A stretch of DNA of 64,000 bases from Candidatus Altimarinota bacterium (GTDB taxonomy: Bacteria > Patescibacteriota > Gracilibacteria > UBA1369 > GCA-2718715), in assembly GCA_041242255.1 (NCBI GenBank), contig JBESAV010000001.1:128001-192000 (forward strand), given 5' to 3'. Position numbers and translations under genes: made by a program. The notes under the pieces were generated by a model, which was not told where the DNA came from, ran no database searches, and saw only the letters and a program-made list of their open reading frames with translations. Below, piece by piece: positions 9,388-17,427 of the stretch (positions are counted from its first letter, which is position 1; each line of letters begins with the position of its first letter).

Positions 9388-11868
9388 TTACAAACTTACT
9401 TGATAAACTTTTCCTCCACCATACTCAATCTTTTTACCATCATAGATATCGTAAACCGTTCTTCCAGAAGTAGCTTTATAGTCACTACTTAAGTAGAAAT
9501 CATTCCCATCATAGAAGAAATCACGATTCAAGAAGCTTCCAAAATTATGGAACCTAACATCTAACCTACCAAAGATCATCCTTTTATATCCAGGGTCATC
9601 TACTCTATCAAACACTTCATCTTTAATGACAATTGTTCCTTTATTGTTGTATGCGAAGTATCCTTCAATTTCACTAGCCGAAGTAATTACACTTGGAGCA
9701 TATTTAGGCGAACTATAATCAAGACCGTAATTATTAGTATTAATACTCATACTTCTCATTTGGTCATCAGCTGCACATATGAAATCAGCATTTTTATCAT
9801 TATTATCACCAATCATATAAGTCACTGGTGCACCATTAGAGAATCCATCATGTACCCATACTCCGTCACCCATAGAAATCACTCTAAAGTTATCACCTAC
9901 TAGATTACTGATCTCTTTTTGTTGATTCAGACCAGAATCTCTATGAATACAAGCACTACTATACCTAGTCTTTCTCATTTTCAATGCGTTGTTAGTTTCA
10001 TAAATTTGCCCAACATAACGCTTATTATTTCCACTTAGCCTGTTTAAGTGTCTTCCTACGAAATGAATAGATCCAAGAACAGGATTGTATGACCAATGCA
10101 ACAATTCTTCAAAATCATTTTCAGAACTATCAAATGTAACCTCTTTTGAAACTCCATCTGAACCCGCATAGAACAACACTCCATCTTTAGCCTGAGAAGT
10201 CCATACAAAGTAATCATCATCCTCCATTCTCACAAGATCATAATGCTGTCTACTCTGACTATTCGACTCATTATTAACTCTAATTTTAGCAGATACCATT
10301 TTGAAATTATTTCCAATTTGCTTATACAGACAATTCCCAGTTGGAGTTTCAAAAACATTATTAAATGAAGCACAAACTCCATTGGCTCTAGTAATAAGCC
10401 AAACCTCATCATCTCTACTTACCTTCATATCCACAACACTCTCTCCAGATGATAAACCACTTAGATTAGCAATTTCTTGATTAACTCTCGACTCAAATTC
10501 CACTCTATGACTTTGTGGAGAATCAATTTCACTAAATACATATCTCAAAGTCGCATAGTCCGGATGTGAGAAACTTAAATTCACTGCACTAGACTCAAGC
10601 ACTGTATTAAAACTAGCTGAAGTTGGCCTTAAAGTTTCATCTTCCAAACTTGAATCAACATAATTAATCGACAAAGTATAACCAGTTACAAAGTCACCAT
10701 TCGTATTTAACACAGTTCCTTTATAAGCTACACGTTCAGGTTCAGATGTTTGAGTTCCAATAGTAAACCTATCTTGTAACTCAATCTGCTGAGTAGGCTG
10801 TTGAATTTGATATTGAGAAAAATCAATCTGATCAAAGAAGCTTCCAGAAATTAAATCAGGATTCATAATCATAGTCCCTTCCGTCTCATTAGTTTCCTGT
10901 GTACCCACAGTTAAATTAGGCTCCATTGCTTGAAGATTATTCTGGACTGGAGAGGTTAAATTTCCTTCTATTTGAGCCGCCACTGGATTTGGCTCTGTAG
11001 CCTCAACAGGTTCTGCATCATCTGGTTCAGATTCTACAACATTTTCGTTATCAGTTTCCTCTGGCTCAACTGACTCAGCAGGTTCTGTATTGGTAGCAAC
11101 TTCTTGCTCTGGAAGTTCTCCTCCCTGAGCAACTACTGAATTTTCCGAAGCATAAATCCAATACAAATCATTATTACTCAAAGTATCAGGATTAAAATCA
11201 CTTCCAGACTCTCTATAAAACTGCTCTAAATTTTCTCCACTAAAGTCCACCGACCAAATTGACCTATACCCTAGATCAGAGAAATCAGGCTTAGCTAAAA
11301 GATTCCAAGATGCATTCACATAGTTATCATGTCCAGCAGCCTCTCTGTAATTATTACAGAAATCAACTGAAACATTTGAATTCAAAACTACCACATCACC
11401 TTTCTGAAGTTCTTTATCAAGCTCAAGCAATGGAAGATTTCCACCATCACTACTCTTAATAATTCTGTTTGGCAAAGCTTCAAAAGTTTTATCTTCACTA
11501 TTGTAGTAAACAACTAAAATTCTATTCCCTTCAGAATAGTCAGCTTGTTCAAACACTACTTCCTCCACAGTCATACCATCTTCATAAGCAGTCACAGTAT
11601 ACCAACCATTCTGCCTATCAGATTCTCCCCCAAGTCTTTCACAAGTCTCAGGACCCGCTTCAAACATATCTGCTTCCTCTTGAGAAACAATGTAAAACGG
11701 CTCCCCAGAAAGAGTAGCATTGTATCCAGTATCAATGCTTATTCCAGGAGGCGCACTAGATACATCAAAGTTTTCCTCTTCCTGAGAAACACTTAAAAAA
11801 TAAGCTGATGATCCTATTACAAGGAGCAAAACCCCTCCAATAGCACCATACAATTTCTTTTTGTTCAT
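9388..11868 (-). CDS. membrane-anchored surface protein, paralog C (shared module + acidic linker + beta-rich C-terminus)
   Basis: TM helix; [39 protein letters not shown], LYWIY. Confidence 0.85.
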   Translation of the reverse strand: [826 protein letters not shown]

Positions 11869-11916
11869 ATAATTTTTGTTACAAATCTATATATTATAAC
11901 ATTTTAATTACAAAAT

Positions 11917-11949
11917 AAAAAGACCCACTTGTCAAACAAGTAAGTCTTC
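11917..11949 (-). terminator. probable intrinsic terminator
   Basis: aagacccacttgt..acaagtaagtctt imperfect hairpin preceded by A-run. Confidence 0.55.
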
Positions 11950-11969
11950 TAAATTTCTCTCAAACTTAT

Positions 11970-14885
11970 CTATTCTCCAATTTTCATATTTGATAGAGAA
12001 AGTCGTCCATTTTCTTCTACAAAGACAAATAGTTTCTGACCAGCAGAGATAACTTGCTTAATCTCAGCATTATCCCCATAAGCTCCACCTAAACCTTTCA
12101 CAAGTCTTAACCTTCTATCAGATGAAGTTCTTTCAATTTTATAAATGTTATCAACACTTCTATTTAAAGTCATATAAGTAGTTCCAGCAAATTGCACAGG
12201 AGAAATAGGTGTACCTGCAACATCAATCTGATGCCCAACTCCTCTTTCGTCAGACCTTCTACAATCAACTACAGTCGCCTCCTCTCCCGGAGCTTCCGGA
12301 GCTTGAACACTCGAACAATCCAGTTCAAACAATCTAAAACTTCCACCTCCATCTTCTGCTCTTACTAAAGCTTCCCCAAAGTGTTCTGCACTTGAAAGCC
12401 TATCACTTCCTTGATTTGTGGATCTAACTTCCATCCATGCCGTCTGAAGATCATTCCAGTAGAATACATTTCTAGCAGAATTAATTCCAAACACATTCGA
12501 ACCATTGAATACAATTTCAGATAAGAACGATTCTCTTCCAGAAGTATTGATTCTATCATAACCTCCGTTAGGTAATTGGTGTCTATAAATCTCCCCTTGA
12601 GGACTATTGATAGACCATAGAGCTCCAGTATCTGAAGCAAAGAATCTATCTCCAGCTGTTGGGAAGTCATTCCCATTTAGACCGATGGTATCACCAAATT
12701 CAGTCATTCGTTGGATATTACATGTATAATAAGCTTTTGGATCAGCGTTTCGACCAACTGTTCCAGTTACAGCCCTATCACAATCATATCTCACATAGAG
12801 AACATCTTTCATCTCACCATTTCCTGCATCATATTTACCTTCCACAGTATCGATTCCTGATGAACCAAATTTCTCAACTTGATCAACATTACCATCTATC
12901 AGATTAGTTCCACTGTAATCATATCTATAAAATCTTCCATCCACACCTTCCCATGCAATGAGTGAATATATACGCTGATTAGTTTCACCAGCCATCACAT
13001 AGAAATCATCATCATCATTTACAAAGTTTCTAACACAGTTGTTTGTCCCTCCATCAGCAGGCACAGTACATACTGCTCTACTCAAAGGAGTCATACCTGG
13101 AAGTAATCTCCATTCTCCATCACCTTGAGAGAAGTTTTCAAAGATCTGACCATTATTATTGATCGCCCAGAAACCTCTTCCTACTTCATCATAGTGAACA
13201 CTTCTTACAGTTCCCGGAATCTCAGCAAAATCCTGATAATTATTCATACCTTCAAACGGTTGATCTGCAATCGTATCACATTGACCATTATCATTAACTG
13301 TCACATCGAACTCTCCATCTTCTACATTTGTTCCATCTTGGAAAGTAAGTCCTGAAACAGTTACTCTAATCTGCGAACAACCAGCCCATGCATCATTAAT
13401 ATCATCTCTAGGTCTAATTCTAATAGTTCTAGCATTATCAGCACTTGGCTCCCAGAAGATTACATACTCCCTATTATCTGGCCTACTTCCAAATTGCAAA
13501 CTAATTGCAGGGTCTCTCCTGTCCACATTCTTTGGAGCTAATAGAACAATATCATCTTTATAATCAATTCTGTCATCCTTAAGTTTAAGAGCTAAACCTT
13601 CACCTTGATTACAATCAATCTGGTTAGCAACTTCAGATGGGAAAAGTAATGCTCCTTCATCTCCTTGAGCAAGACTATCCTCTCCATCCACTTCACTTAC
13701 TGTAAAGTTCTCAGAGAAATTACCACATTGTAAAGTAACTTCATCACCAGCAGATATCTCACCACTAGCTACAGTACCAGTTACAACTGTACCTCTTCCT
13801 CCAACACTGAACACATCATCAATAGAGAAAACAGGTGTTCCAGTAGCAAAATCACCAAAGTCAATTCCACCAAAACCTGGATTTAAAGTAATACCACCAG
13901 TTTCACGCTGATCAATTACAACTAAATCATCATTTCCAGATCCAAATAAATCTCCAATTCTATCAATAATCGAAGGATCAACATCAATTACAGTTCCAGT
14001 ACTACCACCTTCAGTTCCTGAACCTTCTGTCCCGGTGTTACCATCAGTCTCAGATCCAGAGTTTTCTCCACCGTTTTCATTACCAGAGTTGTTTCCTTCT
14101 GTCCCTGACCCTTCAGTTCCTGAACCTTCTGTCTCAGAACCATTATCTTCCGAAGCCAATTCACCTCCATACACCCAATATAAAATATCATCTTCTAACG
14201 AACTAGGATCAAAATTAGCATCACCTTCTCTATAAAACTGATTCAAGTTCTGACCACTAAAGTCTACAGACCAAATCGATCTGTATCCTACAGCATCGAA
14301 ATCAGGCCTACTGACAAGATTCCAAGAACCTACAGTAACAACCTCATGATCTACAGCTTCAGCATAATCTTTACAGAAATCTACACTTCTATTTGAATTA
14401 ACCACAACCACCTCACCTTCTTCTAAAACAGTATTCCAATCTAGTAACGGAAGATCCGCTCCTCCAGCAGCTTTAATAATCCTATTAGGCATTGCCTCGA
14501 AACTCTTCTCAGACGGATTATAATAAACTGCAAGCATACTATCACCTTCTTCAAGATTAGCCTGCTCAAAAACGACCTCACGCACCGTCATACCATCCTG
14601 ATGTGCCACAACACTATACCAACCTTGCTGACGATCATCTTCGCCTCCAAGTTCAGCACAGGTATCAAGACTATCATCATACATATTCTCATCATCAGAG
14701 GTGACAATGTAAAACGGAGTTCCCGACAAAGTCGCATTATAACCAGAATCGATCACGATCCCAGGTGGAACACCTATTACTTCCTCTTCACCTTGGTTGT
14801 TTGAAGTTATAACTAAACCAACAAAAACCAGAGCAAGGACACCAAAGATCCCGATAAGAACCTTCTTCATCATACTTTTACTCAT
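11970..14885 (-). CDS. membrane-anchored surface protein, paralog D (shared module + G/S/T/E linker + EF-Tu domain II-like barrel + propeller)
   Basis: TM helix; [22 protein letters not shown]...[33 protein letters not shown]-type blades. Confidence 0.85.
   Translation of the reverse strand: [971 protein letters not shown]
13995..14145 (-). repeat. low-complexity coding repeats (GSGTE units)
   Basis: ccttcagttcctgaaccttctgtc occurs twice (about 14008 and 14110); encodes [16 protein letters not shown]. Confidence 0.7.
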
Positions 14886-14910
14886 AATTTATATTTAAAC
14901 TAATCCTCAT

Positions 14911-14919
14911 ATTATAACA
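14911..14919 (-). promoter_or_regulatory. extended -10 promoter TGTTATAAT
   Basis: attataaca on + strand about 25 nt upstream of the start; same element at 9318-9326, 11893-11901 and 34458-34466, variants at 3937-3945 and 16887-16895. Confidence 0.7.
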
Positions 14920-14932
14920 CAAACCCCAAACT

Positions 14933-14960
14933 AAAAAAAGCCCCGCATCACGGGACTTTT
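14933..14960 (-). terminator. intrinsic terminator
   Basis: A-run + gccccg-catca-cgggac hairpin. Confidence 0.6.
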
Positions 14961-14979
14961 ATATCTATCTAAAACTAAC

Positions 14980-16854
14980 TTATGGTTGATCCACTTTCAG
15001 TCTATAAGCACCTACACTCGAAGCTGCTCCTTGAGCAGAACTTTCCGCAAACTCAACTTGCAGATTAATCTGACCAGATACAGCATTACTATTATATTGG
15101 ATCGAAGTTATATTCAGCACAGCTCTTCCAGAATCCGTCAGATAAACACTATACTCAACATCATTTATCTCAGATGAAAAAGTAAGCTGATCCTGCAAGA
15201 TCTGATTATAATTCTCAGCTCCGTCTGGTTTTTCCAAGTAAACAAGTAAAGAATCAACCGGACCAAATCCTACAACATCTTCACCTTCCAAAACTTCAGT
15301 CACAACTTGATCTTCAAGATAAACCTTTCTTTGTTGTGTGATCACATGACACTCATCTTTTTCTAGAGTCACATCAAAACTTTCAGATTCAACTCCGGCT
15401 TTCTCAACTCTAATGGTATATTCTCCTTCCTGCTCAGCTAGCAATTGATACACACCACCAACTCCTGCTCCATTCAACCTTTCTACTTCAACACCATCCT
15501 GAATCACAATTACCGAAGCATCAGTAATTGGATTATTAGCAATCCCTACTACCTCAAGCACCACACCATATCTCAACTCTTGAGTACAAACTACATTTCC
15601 AAGTTCATCATCAATTATCTCAACTTTGAAACTAACAGTATCCAAATTTCCAGCTGCATCAACAATTCTAAATTCTACTTCCTTTGGAAGCTCAGCCAAA
15701 TCATCATCAATCGCTTCGAGATTAAATGAAGTCAAAGTACTTTCACCATCACTAAAGTTTTTCCCAGTTGCAAATGCATTTGCACCAGCAGCTACAGATC
15801 TAGAAGCAAGTTCAGTTGCAGAAGTTAGATCAACCTGCTGCCCATCTTCATACATCTCAAATTCAAGTTCAACTTCACCATCAGCAGGTAAAGCCAATCC
15901 CACGCTATATCTCAACTCACCACCATTTTCCTCAACTTGGAAAGTCTCACCTTCGACTACATCTCTCTGACCAGCTGTATTTTCATTATCAACTTTTACA
16001 ACTATTCCTTGTTCAGTCGGATTAGGGTTTGGATTTGGGTCAGGAAGATCCCCCCCATCAGTTACTGAAGTTGCCGCACCTCCATATACCCAGTACAACT
16101 CATCTTCAGGTAAATCTTGTGGAACTACAGAGTTTGAAGGATCATCATAAGCATAAAACCTCTCAGGATCTACTCCAGAATCACCACCTTTAGCAAAAGC
16201 AACTTCCCAAATTGCTCTGTAATCAACAGCATCAAAATCAGGCTTACTAACAAGATTCCATCTCATTTCTATATTTTCATGTGAACCAACCTCTGCATAA
16301 TCAAAACAGTAATCAGCATCTCTATTTGCACTCACTGAAACAACAGTTCCTTTTTCAAGTTCTTGCTCTCTATCTAATAGAGAAACATTAGAACCGTCAG
16401 TATTTACAATTATCTTATTAGGCCAAGCTTTAAATTCTTGATCCTCAGCATCATAAATAACTGCCACCATCTTATCCCCTTCTCTTAGCTCAATTTGCTC
16501 AAAAATAATGTCTTCGACAGTCATACCATCTTCGTATGCTACTACTTGGAACCAACCATTTTGAACACTTCTTCTGTATTCAGCAGTTCCAATCTCATTA
16601 CAAGTATCTAAACCATCATCATACAAATTCTCGTCATCTTCTTCAACAATATAAAAAGGCTCTCCAGACAATGTCGCATTATAACCGGCATCAATCGTAA
16701 CCAATGGCGGTGGAGTCATACTATCAAACTCAACAACTTCAGCTGGCTCAGCTGGCTTTTGCGCGAAGTACAAACCAACTCCAAGCAATACTACAAATAT
16801 AGCAGTAACCAAACCAATTAGCTGGTTCTGGGTTAATTTCTTAGAAGATTTCAT
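14980..16854 (-). CDS. membrane-anchored surface protein, paralog E (shared module + Ig/carboxypeptidase-regulatory-like domains)
   Basis: TM helix; [23 protein letters not shown]...[26 protein letters not shown] segment bracketed by CTQE and ECHV. Confidence 0.85.
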   Translation of the reverse strand: [624 protein letters not shown]

Positions 16855-16919
16855 AACAATTACAAATTTAAAATTATTGTAAAAATATTATAGCAACTCC
16901 TTCCCGAAAACACACCTTT

Positions 16920-17378
16920 CTACAAATAAGCAGTCATATCTATACGTTTGTCATCCACAAATACAAACTCAAAACTCGAAAACCCCTCTCTCGCTCTTAT
17001 CTTAACCGAAGGCATAGCAAATAAAGAATCCTTCAGATGATTTCCTTTATATAAAAAAGATCTAAAAACCTTTAAATTATCTCCAACCAATCTACTTTTA
17101 GTCTTCTTAATATCAAAACAATTCACAACCTCACTAAACATGTATGAACCTATCCCTTTCGCTGACTTAGTTACGTTAAACTCATGAACCACCAGATACC
17201 CCATAGGATCTATCACCCCACTTAAAACCCCTTCTTCTTCATCACCTTCGTATACTGACCTTATCAGATCACCAAATCTATCAATTACAATATCAAAATC
17301 CGAATCAATCTCCCTGTAGTCATCCATTCCTTGATACCAAAAAGTCTCACCTACAAGTTCATTAAACCTCAAATCCAT
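16920..17378 (-). CDS. hypothetical protein, weak GNAT-like motif
   Basis: 152-aa ORF; VHEFNV..AKGIGSYMF resembles acetyl-CoA-binding motif A. Confidence 0.5.
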   Translation of the reverse strand: MDLRFNELVGETFWYQGMDDYREIDSDFDIVIDRFGDLIRSVYEGDEEEGVLSGVIDPMGYLVVHEFNVTKSAKGIGSYMFSEVVNCFDIKKTKSRLVGDNLKVFRSFLYKGNHLKDSLFAMPSVKIRAREGFSSFEFVFVDDKRIDMTAYL

Positions 17379-17427
17379 AAATAGTTTTATAAGAACAAAC
17401 TATATAAACCAAAACACTATATGTCAA

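Noticed and set aside
13590-13845. A tuf gene or pseudogene
   Set aside because: Only domain II resembles EF-Tu, in frame within a 971-aa ORF; no G-domain motifs nearby
1521-16854. Diversity-generating retroelement or shufflon as the driver of the paralog array
   Set aside because: No reverse transcriptase, recombinase, TR/VR pair differing at adenines, or orphan inverted C-terminal cassettes were seen; all five genes are complete
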